A stretch of 64,000 bases of DNA from Promethearchaeota archaeon (GTDB lineage: Archaea; Asgardarchaeota; Lokiarchaeia; Sigyniarchaeales; SOKP01), in NCBI GenBank assembly GCA_019057795.1, contig JAHLWS010000080.1, forward strand, positions 32,001-96,000. The letters are read 5' to 3'. This document shows, piece after piece, positions 30,001-39,741 of the stretch. Both the position numbers and the translations under genes were made by a program. The notes below the pieces were generated by a model. The model did no database searches and had not been told where the DNA came from. It saw nothing but the letters and a program-made list of their open reading frames with translations. The stretch's first letter is position 1. The number at the start of each line of letters is the position of its first letter.

Positions 30001-31202
30001 AGTATTCTTTATTAATTAATAGCACTCAAAATGTATTTGAAGGGTACATTATAACTTTAAAATACGACGAGGAAATTACAGGAGCTTCTATATTAAAACC
30101 GTTTGAAAGAGAAGCGTGCCAATACATGCCCGATCATCAAACAACAATTGTTGTAAATATTTATGATAAAAACTTCGTAAGCAGTTATAATCAATTTAAT
30201 GAATCATTTTCCTTGAAAATAAATAGTCAATTCTCTGATATCGTTATTAATCCTCAAACACCAATTTACGGACAAAAATTTTACATTAGTTCTGTGTTAA
30301 CGACCGAATTCGGCGATGAAATTCCAAACAAGAAGGTGACTTGCCAATATTTTAATAGTGGTTTATGGGAAAACATTTCATCTCAAATTTCGGGTGCTAA
30401 TGGAGTATCAAGCTTTGAAATTGATACTCTATCGCTACCACGTGAAGATGACCTTCTATTTAGGCTTACTTGGCAAGGAGAACAATATATTTTAGAGAAC
30501 TCGCAAAACATTTCTGTGTCTATATACAAAGTATCTAACAACTTATCGTTGGGAATTGTATCGAACGTAAATCAGATTATAAGAAACGGTAAAACAACAA
30601 TTACAATAACATTAAATAATATTGGCGATTCAGAATTAACAATTTCTAATTCTAGTATATCTATTATAATCGATCCTTCTTTAACATATAGCATTGTTGA
30701 GATAAAACATTTAATATTAAACAACTTACAGCCGGGAGAATCTACAGACATAATAATATCAATAGAGATTCCAGCTATAAATCAGATGACGATTACAGTA
30801 TCAGTAGAAGCAACTAACGAATTAACAAAAGAGAATATAACCGTTCAAGCGTTAAAAACTTTTAAAATTTATGACATACCTCTTGCAAATTATATCACCG
30901 TTTTCTTTACGGTAATTGTGATCGGTATTTTTGCGTTATTATGGGGCGTAATGTACTTATATGTCAAAAGAACTACGAAGAAAATTGAAACTCCTATCGA
31001 AGAACCTTCTAAGAAAAAACCAAGAAGAGGAAGGTATGTAAGTGTAAGTGAATTACCCAAAGAAGAACCTAAAAAAATGCCGGCAAAAAAACCAAGTAAA
31101 AAATTATCTAAAAAACAGAAAAAAAAAGAAATTAAGACAGAAAAGCCTGCAACAGATTTAGATTCTTTATTAGAAGAAAAAGGTCTTAAAGATAAAAAAT
31201 AA
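27018..31202 (+). CDS. Large cell-surface glycoprotein (1394 aa)
   Basis: N-terminal signal, many N-x-S/T sequons, beta-rich/CARDB-like (NNIGD..LQPGES), C-terminal TM and Lys-rich tail. Confidence 0.85.
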   Translation: MIRRKKDVKRIFFVSIFIISMLLVNIHIFNGLYLDGSNNQLTNLLNDDNNLFSSETDPYLTDYYINGSGDNQNVRIYALNSSETNENNQGFFEIPSMSVTDTTYLTYGNFNFTFQNNYTADHVIEDTSALDAREFIKFTYNTSLSSMNVNTGEILNEPINLDWLVDGNPDTNIELNSSSSGELNFTIDSSFAGTSYISGSPSINLAFNRSFILGLISTFSSSIDLDAYLTLKMFNISDSTWINVTETMFINSSLGTQLIENRYVNENLNYINSSDISKIQFYLQSFDSNDFVLTLREFKLESTYAFDLPITNSEYVALEFDLKGESSAVNGFYAWIRTLNLTEALNAELNITLYEANSTITRTQANLNNLKPNNTKLIDSIIIDYRDYHGDSLSYFEFNQANTQNLKLYNYFIVIKSNRSEQIYSLVTLPESTYGDPDSTVDHQLRTTNDDGLTWNVATKQVTPGGYKSEELDAAAFKLNVTRGYMPSDFINPDDNQDTLKIQDIPIENQKISDPPYDVSSSLEWGLGQWKNNFTVEIVNNSLHNFQIDLTWNNSIIQGFKFNVTYTVKGYWVESANSYYKVSYDTIPRWNLNYTLDLGNINLDNWDFHEFWFVYPNDWDAKNLTNPNYDEIYEEVINSTGGETNFDANPSYDFTAINNATVNDIDGIYSLNLTSSNLIHEMHSYINYNGILWETNGFMYGDNISVEVAIQGPGGIPPTNGNANVTLFYPDNSTIFPGAERNSSAGVIKSNSLVYDFNNQTILNVTKDTPLLGNYYLGYFWENGSAVGCKKLKLYIDTYDVNMNSLFYEPILNQNVLDGIVDKVYESYSMLIGTINVTDEKYYPDFYAVNNSDINQQFIYEINNEKIPILVKTFLQNETLLNPDEDIKISATIQNLHDFVDLEVKLKVQLVSLVNEEWIIAEKYTDVKTLNIRGDPNGADTQEFSVNLTIPTLQADGVWQGVNAPVRKGGAKTIFTVYFEYAGESHEVDTFESNEYSLLINSTQNVFEGYIITLKYDEEITGASILKPFEREACQYMPDHQTTIVVNIYDKNFVSSYNQFNESFSLKINSQFSDIVINPQTPIYGQKFYISSVLTTEFGDEIPNKKVTCQYFNSGLWENISSQISGANGVSSFEIDTLSLPREDDLLFRLTWQGEQYILENSQNISVSIYKVSNNLSLGIVSNVNQIIRNGKTTITITLNNIGDSELTISNSSISIIIDPSLTYSIVEIKHLILNNLQPGESTDIIISIEIPAINQMTITVSVEATNELTKENITVQALKTFKIYDIPLANYITVFFTVIVIGIFALLWGVMYLYVKRTTKKIETPIEEPSKKKPRRGRYVSVSELPKEEPKKMPAKKPSKKLSKKQKKKEIKTEKPATDLDSLLEEKGLKDKK

Positions 31203-31263
31203 AAATAAAATCTACTTTTTTTAATATTCTTTTAAAATTTTTTCTAAAAAAGAGGAAATAAAA

Positions 31264-31617
31264 TTATATCTTTGAAATTGAAATTAGGTTTCTTTTTAGA
31301 AGACTTAGAGATGCTTTTCCGTCTAAACCTGCTAAAGCAATTAGGACAATTGCATCAGACTTGACGATTACGACATAACCGCTTTCTAGATCGATAGTAG
31401 CTGTTTTAAATGCTCCTTTACCGATATCATTACCCATAGTGCCCGAAGCTTTTATTATAGCTACGCAAGTTTTTGCTATCGCACTGTGATCCATTTCTGT
31501 TATCGTTTGGCCAATAATGACTTTTCCTTGCAGATCAGAGGCTATTAAACCTTCGGTTTCAGGAACTATGTCAAATAATTCTGATAATTTTTTTTCAATA
31601 ACTTTTTTATCTACCAT
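31264..31617 (-). CDS. Roadblock/LC7 domain protein
   Basis: VPETEGLIASDLQGKVI, GNDIGKG, roadblock topology. Confidence 0.8.
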   Translation of the reverse strand: MVDKKVIEKKLSELFDIVPETEGLIASDLQGKVIIGQTITEMDHSAIAKTCVAIIKASGTMGNDIGKGAFKTATIDLESGYVVIVKSDAIVLIALAGLDGKASLSLLKRNLISISKI

Positions 31618-31928
31618 AAAAATACTACTCTTTATCTATATTAATTAATATAAATTTGAATTCTGAATTAGATTACTCAAGTTAGTCTAAATAAATTCTT
31701 AAATATATATATATTTTAAAGAAATTTAAATTTATCAAAAATACAAAAAAAAAGCGAAAAAGTAACTTTTAAGTCTAAATAGCAATTCATTGATTTGTAT
31801 TAATTAAGCAAAATTTTATTTTTATTATTTTAGTAATAATTTTTAAGCCTTTAGTTTATTATTATTATTAAATATTATAGGTTATAGATCATAAAATCAG
31901 ATAAAATAATAATGAGAGAGAAGTTAAA

Positions 31929-32213
31929 TTGATTAATAGAAGAGAAGTCAAGGATATCATCAGAAAGTTTGAGGAACGCGAAGGAATTCGCGGGGTCATC
32001 ATTTGCGATTCAAGCGGTTTACCAATAGATTCTAACATGAATATTGAAATAAGCGAAGAAATATCTGCTTATGTAACATCTTTAATTGGGAAGGGTAAAC
32101 AAGTCGTTAAAGCCTTAAAAGAAGGTGGTTTGAAATTCATACGTTTGGAGACATCTAAAGGCGAGACTATGATAGCTTTAGAAGAGCAACTTATTCTAAT
32201 TATCCTAAAATAA
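31929..32213 (+). CDS. Roadblock/LC7 protein (dynein light chain roadblock-like)
   Basis: EGIRGVIICDSSGLPI..LKFIRLETSKGETMIA. Confidence 0.88.
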   Translation: MINRREVKDIIRKFEEREGIRGVIICDSSGLPIDSNMNIEISEEISAYVTSLIGKGKQVVKALKEGGLKFIRLETSKGETMIALEEQLILIILK

Positions 32214-32285
32214 ATCAATCTTTTATTATTTTAATTTTATCAGTTATAGTCTTATTTTTAAATTTTTTAAAATAAAAATCAGTTA

Positions 32286-32930
32286 TTAAAGAAAAAATTT
32301 CTTAAACATATTATACTTTCTTTCTTCCCCTATTGAAGTCAGATCCATATGTCCAGGGCAGACGAGAAAATCGTCATTGAGGGATTTATTGTACATTATT
32401 TTATTTTTGATACTTGCGAACAAAAGATTTTGATCTCCTCCCTGGAAATCCGATCTTCCAATGCTCCCTCTGAATATTAAATCGCCCGAAAATAAAAGAC
32501 CGTCAACATTTTTGCCGTTAAATTCCTTGACATCTGAAGAATAAAAGCATAATGACCCTGGGCTATGACCAGGCGTTTCTAATACGTGAAGGTTAATTTT
32601 TCCGATATTTATCGAATCACCCTCGACTAACCACCTATTAGCTTCCTTTTGGAAAGTCCCAGATTCGTGTTCTTTTCTACTATACATCAATGGTATTTGA
32701 AAATGGCGTATAATTTGTCCAACTCTAGTAGTGTGATCGAAGTGTCCGTGAGTTAGTAAAACTGCGATAGGTTTTCCTCCTATTTGTTCGATAGATTTAA
32801 TAATAGTTTTTCCATCTCCACCTGGATCTATTACAACAATTTCTTTTGTTTCGTTAGAACCAAAGATGTAACAATTGGTGGCTAAAGGTCCAACAACCAG
32901 CTTCTTGAAAATCATAAAGTCTTTGCTCAC
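32286..32930 (-). CDS. Metallo-beta-lactamase fold hydrolase
   Basis: THGHFDH, TPGHSPG, FSGD, PGH. Confidence 0.93.
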   Translation of the reverse strand: MSKDFMIFKKLVVGPLATNCYIFGSNETKEIVVIDPGGDGKTIIKSIEQIGGKPIAVLLTHGHFDHTTRVGQIIRHFQIPLMYSRKEHESGTFQKEANRWLVEGDSINIGKINLHVLETPGHSPGSLCFYSSDVKEFNGKNVDGLLFSGDLIFRGSIGRSDFQGGDQNLLFASIKNKIMYNKSLNDDFLVCPGHMDLTSIGEERKYNMFKKFFL

Positions 32931-33022
32931 AAATTTGACAACTAAATTCTTTTATCTGAAAAAGGATGAAAGATAAAAAAAATGTTTACTAGGTTTTTGA
33001 GGTACAAAACGAAGTCTACAAT

Positions 33023-33310
33023 TTATTTATTATTTATTAGGGTATTAATCTCAACTAGCTTATTGTAAACATCTAGACCCTTATCGGTTAGTTTAACATA
33101 CTTTTTCTTGTTATTTTGTTCAATTGCGATGAGTCCTTTGTTAATTAAGTCTTCTTTTACCCTAAAAAACGAATTATAATAGCTAAATTTATTCAATTCG
33201 TTGTAAAAAGTATGCTTATCAGTTTTATAACCTTTAAATTGAATAAGGACTTCCAAAGTATCTCTAAAACCTTTCTTTTTCAAAAAATTTATTAAATCGT
33301 CAATAGTCAT
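33023..33310 (-). CDS. Winged-helix DNA-binding protein
   Basis: LINKGLI..YVKLTDKG wing motif; start moved to MTIDDL (33310). Confidence 0.75.
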   Translation of the reverse strand: MTIDDLINFLKKKGFRDTLEVLIQFKGYKTDKHTFYNELNKFSYYNSFFRVKEDLINKGLIAIEQNNKKKYVKLTDKGLDVYNKLVEINTLINNK

Positions 33311-33327
33311 TATATCCCTTACCTTAG

Positions 33328-33345
33328 TTAAATGGTAACATTTAA
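33328..33345. promoter_or_regulatory. Palindrome TTAAATG-GTAA-CATTTAA, candidate autoregulatory operator
   Basis: Perfect 7-bp arms 17 bp upstream of the wHTH start. Confidence 0.45.
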
Positions 33346-33575
33346 TTTTACTTAAATGTAATAAAGTAAAAGTAACAAATTTAAAAAACGTTATGAAAAT
33401 TTTTATTATTATATTAATGATAAACTGCAATGAGTTTAAAATTAAGCTCAGAATAATTAACGACATAAATGAATTCTTTTCTCTTTTAACTTAAAATACA
33501 CCTTAAAAAAACTTAATTATGGACTTCTTAGCAATTTATCAAACTTTATAATTCGATGTTAATTTTTTATATTGA

Positions 33576-34307
33576 ATGGATTTAAGTAGATATTTTGAAG
33601 CCGAAAAAGGCAATACACCGGTAATCTTATCGTGCCCTCACGGAGGCTATAAAAAGCCAAAAAGGATGCAAAACAAAATTACTGGGATGAAAATTGCAGA
33701 CAAGAATACTTTCTTCATAGCAAAATTAATAATTAATCTACTTAAAGTAAAAAATGTCGATATATATTACATTTTAAGTAAGATACATAGAAGTAAAATT
33801 GATTTAAACAGACCATTTCACTCAAAAAGTGCCTTTAATCATTCCTCTACCGAAGCCCAAAACATCTTTCGCGCTTATCACGACCAATTAAATAATTATG
33901 CTCAAGAGTGCGTTTTAAAGCACAATAGAGCTTTGATAATAGACTTTCACGGGTTTACGAAGCCTTACAAGGGATATCCTGACGTAATATTTGGCCACAT
34001 CTTTGGCAAAACCCTTGATCTTCTTGAAAATTCAAAGGAACAAGATTGTAATAGATATTGGGGCTGTGCTCAATTACAAGACGAAATTTCTAAATATTTT
34101 GTGTTGGATGATGGATTAGCCCTAACAGATTTTAATCTATCCTATTCAGGAGGATACATTACGCATCAATTTTACAACAGAAGTAATGTTAGCGCTATTC
34201 AAATCGAAGTCGCAAAACAAATCCGCTTAGATTTTGATCGCACCAATGTTTTAGTCAAAGCAATAGCCAACGCTATAATTAAATCAGTAAATAGAATAAT
34301 AATCTAA
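33576..34307 (+). CDS. N-formylglutamate amidohydrolase family
   Basis: SCPHGG, DLNR, DFHGF, YSGGYITH, QIEV. Confidence 0.85.
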   Translation: MDLSRYFEAEKGNTPVILSCPHGGYKKPKRMQNKITGMKIADKNTFFIAKLIINLLKVKNVDIYYILSKIHRSKIDLNRPFHSKSAFNHSSTEAQNIFRAYHDQLNNYAQECVLKHNRALIIDFHGFTKPYKGYPDVIFGHIFGKTLDLLENSKEQDCNRYWGCAQLQDEISKYFVLDDGLALTDFNLSYSGGYITHQFYNRSNVSAIQIEVAKQIRLDFDRTNVLVKAIANAIIKSVNRIII

Positions 34308-34314
34308 TAGATTT

Positions 34315-34521
34315 TTATTTCCGAATAACATAATGAAAAATTGTAAAGAAAAAAAAGCCCGTAATAAAAATTAATGTAACCATTATAGTTATAACAATTT
34401 GATACTCAACCCAATTACTAAAATTTCCAGTTGCAAGAAACGTAACGGAGAAAATTGTTGCGATTAAAAAGATAATAAAAAGCGGTAGGGTTTTACATAT
34501 TTCCTTAATTCGTTTATTCAT
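34315..34521 (-). CDS. Small two-TM membrane protein
   Basis: Two hydrophobic helices, 68 aa. Confidence 0.6.
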   Translation of the reverse strand: MNKRIKEICKTLPLFIIFLIATIFSVTFLATGNFSNWVEYQIVITIMVTLIFITGFFFFTIFHYVIRK

Positions 34522-34578
34522 TATTTATATTAATCTTTGTTTGATATTTAATATTTATATCGCATAAAGAATGCTTAG

Positions 34579-35367
34579 TTACTTCTTATTTACAAATTTC
34601 AAAAAAGCTTTAACAACTATGTGAAACTTTGGATCAGGAACTACGGTTAAGTGATCTTTGCCTTGGATCTGAAAATGACAAGCTCCAGGAATCAATTCTG
34701 CTACTAATGTTTTGTTAGTCATCAATGCATCGTCAGATCCTAATACAGATAACACGGGTACTTTAATTTTTTTGAATGTTAATTTCATTTCTGAGAAAGA
34801 TGTAAAAATATCGTCTACATCGCGAGCAAATCCCTCCATAACAGCAATTAAAGCTTTCAAATCTGCGCCCGTTAATTCAGCAAAGTTACGAAACTGTCTA
34901 GCTAAGGGATTTTTTACTTGTTTAACGCTTTCAGCTTTAAACGCGTTGATCATAGGTTTGTTAGATTGCTCCAACTGTTCACGGCTAATTTTAGAAGGAA
35001 TAAATCCACCTAATACTACGCTTTTAACTCTATTGGGCTCATGTAGTAATAAACCGAATGTAATACTTCCGCCCATAGAATACCCAAAGAAGTTTGCCTT
35101 TTCAATAGACAAATGATCCATCAATTTCACAATATCTTCCATCATTTTTTTGCCATATTGAGCTGGACTCGTGGGTTTGTCGCTTTTTCCATGACCTCGG
35201 CAATCCACCAAAATTAACCTGTTATTATCTTTTAAAGTTCTAATCCAGTTTGTTAATCTCCAATTGAGTTCGATATTTGAGGCGAATCCATGGATCATTA
35301 TCAAATCAGGACCGTTTCCTTCAATTTCGTAATATATTTTAACTCCTTCATTTTCAAAAAAGGGCAT
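34579..35367 (-). CDS. Alpha/beta hydrolase
   Basis: HGF, DCRGHGKS, GYSMGG nucleophile, C-terminal DH. Confidence 0.93.
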   Translation of the reverse strand: MPFFENEGVKIYYEIEGNGPDLIMIHGFASNIELNWRLTNWIRTLKDNNRLILVDCRGHGKSDKPTSPAQYGKKMMEDIVKLMDHLSIEKANFFGYSMGGSITFGLLLHEPNRVKSVVLGGFIPSKISREQLEQSNKPMINAFKAESVKQVKNPLARQFRNFAELTGADLKALIAVMEGFARDVDDIFTSFSEMKLTFKKIKVPVLSVLGSDDALMTNKTLVAELIPGACHFQIQGKDHLTVVPDPKFHIVVKAFLKFVNKK

Positions 35368-35496
35368 TTTCGTTTATCCTAACTGTTTTATTCATAATTA
35401 ATCTAAATTGTTTAAATTTTAATTACTCACATTATTTAAATAAGTTTATTTCTTCTTTCTATTTAGATTACAATAAAAGAAAGGTAATTACTTCTT

Positions 35497-36042
35497 ATGA
35501 TTGAAAAAGAATCTAAACAAAAGCAGAATTCTACAATTATAATGATAATAGGGATAATTTTCTCATTTCTTGGAATTTCATTTATGAGTATCCCGTTCCC
35601 AAATACAGTTGTGATTGAGAATTTAGGACAATTTGGTATCGCAGAAGGTGTAACATATACAATACACTATAATTATCCAATGTTTTCAAATAATCAAAAA
35701 CTAACTATTAGTCTAGGGGCAGTTAACAGTTCTTTTTCAATATTAGTACTTAATGATAACGACCACGGAGCTTGGATTAATGAACAAGGAGGATATCTCC
35801 CTTGTTACGCGGAACAGAATATTAGTGGAGTCTATAAAACCCTTCATCTAAATCAACCTTTTATTGGTGTTATAAATATTATTATAACTGCTGAAACTTT
35901 ATTAGAAATATATGGAACAATTCAAACAAACTATTCATCTCACTATGTTATGGAAGGGTTAATACCTTTAATGATTGGAATTATTTTAGCAATATTTTTA
36001 GTATTACGGAAATATAGATTTAAAAAACCTAAGATAAAATAG
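35497..36042 (+). CDS. Membrane protein with TM segments at both ends
   Basis: Terminal hydrophobic helices around a beta-rich domain. Confidence 0.7.
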   Translation: MIEKESKQKQNSTIIMIIGIIFSFLGISFMSIPFPNTVVIENLGQFGIAEGVTYTIHYNYPMFSNNQKLTISLGAVNSSFSILVLNDNDHGAWINEQGGYLPCYAEQNISGVYKTLHLNQPFIGVINIIITAETLLEIYGTIQTNYSSHYVMEGLIPLMIGIILAIFLVLRKYRFKKPKIK

Positions 36043-36343
36043 ATTTGAATTTCCACATTTTTTTTTTTATCTTATTGGAGTGTTTTTTAAGTTTTTGTCG
36101 ATTTAAGACTCTTTTTATTGAAAATTTTCAAAAATTAGAAAATTTTTCAATCTGACTTTGTAGTTATGTTCATTTATTTCCATATAAGTTAAACAGTTTT
36201 TAGAGACTCAAATTTATCTTAAAAAATAAATTAAAAATTTAAGAAGAAAATGAAATAAATAATAAAGTTTTTAAATGTCATCTCACAATAATATAATAAT
36301 AGGGAATTTATTCCCACAAAAATAAAAGGTGATGTAAAAAAAA

Positions 36344-36559
36344 TTGATAAAATGTGAAAAATGTGGAAAACATCATGCGTTATATCACGATTGCAATCAG
36401 ATTTCGATAAGTCATGGAGTAGTGTTTCAAGACGACCGAAAATGTTACGATTGGAATTGTTTTTTAACCAAAGCTTCAAGTATTTACAAGATTGAAGAAC
36501 GAATCTTAGATAGTTATTTTAACGATTCAAAAGTTAACCCGTTATTCGCTTATGAATAA
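36344..36559 (+). CDS. Small Cys/His-rich hypothetical protein
   Basis: CEKCGKHH..HDC, CYDWNC; GGTGA upstream of TTG. Confidence 0.55.
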   Translation: MIKCEKCGKHHALYHDCNQISISHGVVFQDDRKCYDWNCFLTKASSIYKIEERILDSYFNDSKVNPLFAYE

Positions 36560-36669
36560 ATTCGTTTGAAAGTTTTTATTATTTCCTTATTTTTATAACT
36601 TAACTAAAGAATTTTAACCTTTTAATTCAAAATAGATAATTTCTTATATTTTTTTTAAGACCAGTCATT

Positions 36670-37569
36670 ATGCTTCGAGAAGTATTTGAGTCAGATATCG
36701 CTATTATTGGACATTTTGCGAAGGATATTATAGAAATTGATGGAGTGAGCAAATCAGCATTAGGAGGATCTGTATTCTACGGTGGAATCGCAGGAAGTCG
36801 AATGGGTTTAAAAGTAGCGATTATTACCCGTTTAAAAAGCGAAGATTTCCTAGATTTAGAGATTTTTGATAAAAACAATATAAAATACTATGCGAATCCC
36901 GCTAAAGAAACATCTGGGATTAAAAATATATATTTGTCGCAAAATATGGAATTTAGAAGTTACAAACCTTTAGGTTTTGCAGGTGCATTTACTAAAGAAG
37001 AAATTCCTCAAATTGATACAAAATATTTCGTTATAGGTCCGATTCTCGCGGGCGAAATCGACTTAGAACTGTTAGATTATTTGTCTGAAATATATAGTGG
37101 CAAATTAGGTCTTGATATACAAGGATTTATTAGAGGTTTAAAGGATAACAAAATACAATATTACGATTTAACCGAAAAAGAAAAGGTTGAGATAATATCT
37201 AAAGTAAATTACTTAAAACTTGACACCACCGAAGCGAAAGTCCTTACAAATCTATCTTCAATACCGAAAGCAGCAAAACTACTAAACAAATTGGGACCGA
37301 AAGAAGTTCTTATTACACACGAAGAAGGAGTCAATGTAAGCGTTAATAACAATTCTTACTTTTTTCCTTGGAAAAATAAAAGGAGCATAGGAAGGACGGG
37401 CAGAGGCGACACGGCGTTTATCAGTTATTTAGGTTCCAGGATAACTAAAAATCCTGAGGAATCATTGAGATTCTCCGCGGCTTTAACTTCTCTTAAAATG
37501 GAATCAATTGGACCATTTTCTTTACCCTTATCTCTCGTTGAAAAACTTATAAAAGAAGAATACTCGTAA
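36670..37569 (+). CDS. PfkB family carbohydrate kinase
   Basis: GGSVFYG, LDIQG, RTGRGDT. Confidence 0.88.
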   Translation: MLREVFESDIAIIGHFAKDIIEIDGVSKSALGGSVFYGGIAGSRMGLKVAIITRLKSEDFLDLEIFDKNNIKYYANPAKETSGIKNIYLSQNMEFRSYKPLGFAGAFTKEEIPQIDTKYFVIGPILAGEIDLELLDYLSEIYSGKLGLDIQGFIRGLKDNKIQYYDLTEKEKVEIISKVNYLKLDTTEAKVLTNLSSIPKAAKLLNKLGPKEVLITHEEGVNVSVNNNSYFFPWKNKRSIGRTGRGDTAFISYLGSRITKNPEESLRFSAALTSLKMESIGPFSLPLSLVEKLIKEEYS

Positions 37570-37626
37570 TCTATTAAATAATATAAAATAGAAGAATTTT
37601 AAAAGTTAATTTATATGGATAAATTA

Positions 37627-38856
37627 CTATTTGCCCCACATTCTTATCATTTCCCTTGTAATGATATATCTCATTATTTCCGATGTGCCTGCTGAGATTT
37701 GTCCGATCTTTGCATCTCGATAATAGCGCTCTAAAGGATATTCTTCGGAGTATCCAAGGCCTCCTGCAATTTGAACTGCGTCTTGAGTAATTCTCACAGT
37801 AGCGTCAGCGATACGAGTTTTAACAGCAGCAACGGAAGCTCTACAGTTATACCCATCATCAAGCATTCTTGCGATTTGCGCGATTGCCATTCTGTTAAGT
37901 TCTATATCCATAAACATTTCACTAAGTTTGAATGATATTCCTTCAAAAGAATAGATAGGTTTTTTGAACTGAACTCGCTTATGAGCGTACTTGTAAGCTA
38001 CTTCTAAAGCGCTTCGAGCAAGACCAAGGTATTGAGAAGCGGTAAATGTTCTTTCGCCATCAAGACCGAATAATAAAACATCCAAACCTTCGTTCTCTCT
38101 ATGAAGAATATTTGCAGCTGGCACTTTACAGTCTTCAAATCGAAGATGAGAATTGGGCATCCCTCTACGTCCCATATGCTTATATTCCTTAATAACTTCA
38201 AATCCCGGAGTATCCGTTTCGAAAATGAATGCCGAAATACCTTGATGCGCCCTAACTTGATCGTTTGTTTTTGCGTACAAACAAATGTAATCGGCAACGC
38301 TACCGTTTGTTATGAAACATTTCTCTCCGTTGAGAACATAATGGTCGCCTTCCTTTATCGCTTTTAATCTCATCCCCCCAATTGCGTCAGAACCACCTGT
38401 AGGTTCTGTTATACCAATAGCACCTATTTTCGTCCCGTCAGCTATCCCTGAGAGGTACTTCTTTTTTTGCTCTTGAGTTCCGAATTCTATAATTGGTCCC
38501 GCAAACAAGCACGAAGACGCTCCAAAGATCCCCGCAAGAGCGTAGCTGAAAGCTGTGAGCTCCTCGCCAAAGATTGTTCGGTACAAAATTCCTTTCCCTA
38601 AACCTCCTACTTCTTTTGGGATTATAATATTCAAGTAAGGTTTCATCTTACGTAAAATTTCTACAGCTAATTCTATATTCCTCTCCCGATCTATCTTTTC
38701 AGCCACAGGTTCGACATGGTTTTTACACCACTCACGAACTTCCATGCGAAAATCGTTTTCTTCCTTAGTATAGAAGTGTAATCTATCCGGCATGCACGAA
38801 TAGCCGTACTCAAATTCCAAATCTTCAAAATGAACATGTCCTTCCAAATACATCAC
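37627..38856 (-). CDS. Acyl-CoA dehydrogenase
   Basis: ITEPTGGSD, NGEKCFITNG, RVQFKKPI, GGLGY, YRDAK, GTSEI. Confidence 0.96.
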   Translation of the reverse strand: MMYLEGHVHFEDLEFEYGYSCMPDRLHFYTKEENDFRMEVREWCKNHVEPVAEKIDRERNIELAVEILRKMKPYLNIIIPKEVGGLGKGILYRTIFGEELTAFSYALAGIFGASSCLFAGPIIEFGTQEQKKKYLSGIADGTKIGAIGITEPTGGSDAIGGMRLKAIKEGDHYVLNGEKCFITNGSVADYICLYAKTNDQVRAHQGISAFIFETDTPGFEVIKEYKHMGRRGMPNSHLRFEDCKVPAANILHRENEGLDVLLFGLDGERTFTASQYLGLARSALEVAYKYAHKRVQFKKPIYSFEGISFKLSEMFMDIELNRMAIAQIARMLDDGYNCRASVAAVKTRIADATVRITQDAVQIAGGLGYSEEYPLERYYRDAKIGQISAGTSEIMRYIITREMIRMWGK

Positions 38857-38982
38857 ATTTAAGTTTTAATTTATTTTCTAATAACATCTAAAATAAAAGA
38901 TTATTTTTTAAATTTGATATGCATTTTAAAAAACATACTTTAACATATTAATTAAATCTAAACAATAAATTGGTAATTATTA

Positions 38983-39741
38983 ATGAGAGTCGGTGGAATT
39001 ATCGATATATCAACCAAAGACATCCCAAACAAATCTACAATGGTGATTTTCACCGTTGGTTGTAATTTAAACTGCGGATTTTGTCATAATAAGTATTTAT
39101 TGCATAAAAGCGTAGGAAAAGACATGAAAGTTTCAGAATTGCTGGAACAAATCAAAAGTAATATGTTAGTGAGTGGAGTTAGCATTTCAGGTGGAGAGCC
39201 TACGCTTCAAAAAGATTTACCCGAATTGTGCAATGAAATAAAAAAGATTGGAAAATACATCAGTATAGACACAAATGGAACAAACCCGAAAATTATATCG
39301 AAAATTATACCTAATATCGACAGAATAGCTTTAGATTTGAAGGGACCGTTAAACAAGAAAAGATTAACGAAAATTACGGGAAATCTAATGGATCCTAATC
39401 ATATAATTGAGACTTTTAATATTGTTAATAAATGTGAGGGTATTGATTTTGAAGTTAGGACCACTTATGTAGAAAATTTAATGAAACCAAAAGACATCGA
39501 TAAAATAATTTCGTTTCTGAGAAGAAATGAGTTTAGAGGAAACTTTGTGCTGCAACAATATCAATATTCTGAAGGGGTTGGTGATGAATTTAAAGAAAAA
39601 TTTCAAAAACCAGAGCATATTATATTACTCAACATTTTAAAGCCTTATAGAAATTTAGATCTACCTTTTCAAATTTATTTAAGAGACGATATTATGGGTT
39701 ATTGTATTATAGATAAATTATACGACTATCTTGATGAATAA
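38983..39741 (+). CDS. Radical SAM glycyl-radical activase (NrdG/PflA-like)
   Basis: GCNLNCGFCHN, SGGEPTLQ, DTNG, EVRTT. Confidence 0.88.
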   Translation: MRVGGIIDISTKDIPNKSTMVIFTVGCNLNCGFCHNKYLLHKSVGKDMKVSELLEQIKSNMLVSGVSISGGEPTLQKDLPELCNEIKKIGKYISIDTNGTNPKIISKIIPNIDRIALDLKGPLNKKRLTKITGNLMDPNHIIETFNIVNKCEGIDFEVRTTYVENLMKPKDIDKIISFLRRNEFRGNFVLQQYQYSEGVGDEFKEKFQKPEHIILLNILKPYRNLDLPFQIYLRDDIMGYCIIDKLYDYLDE

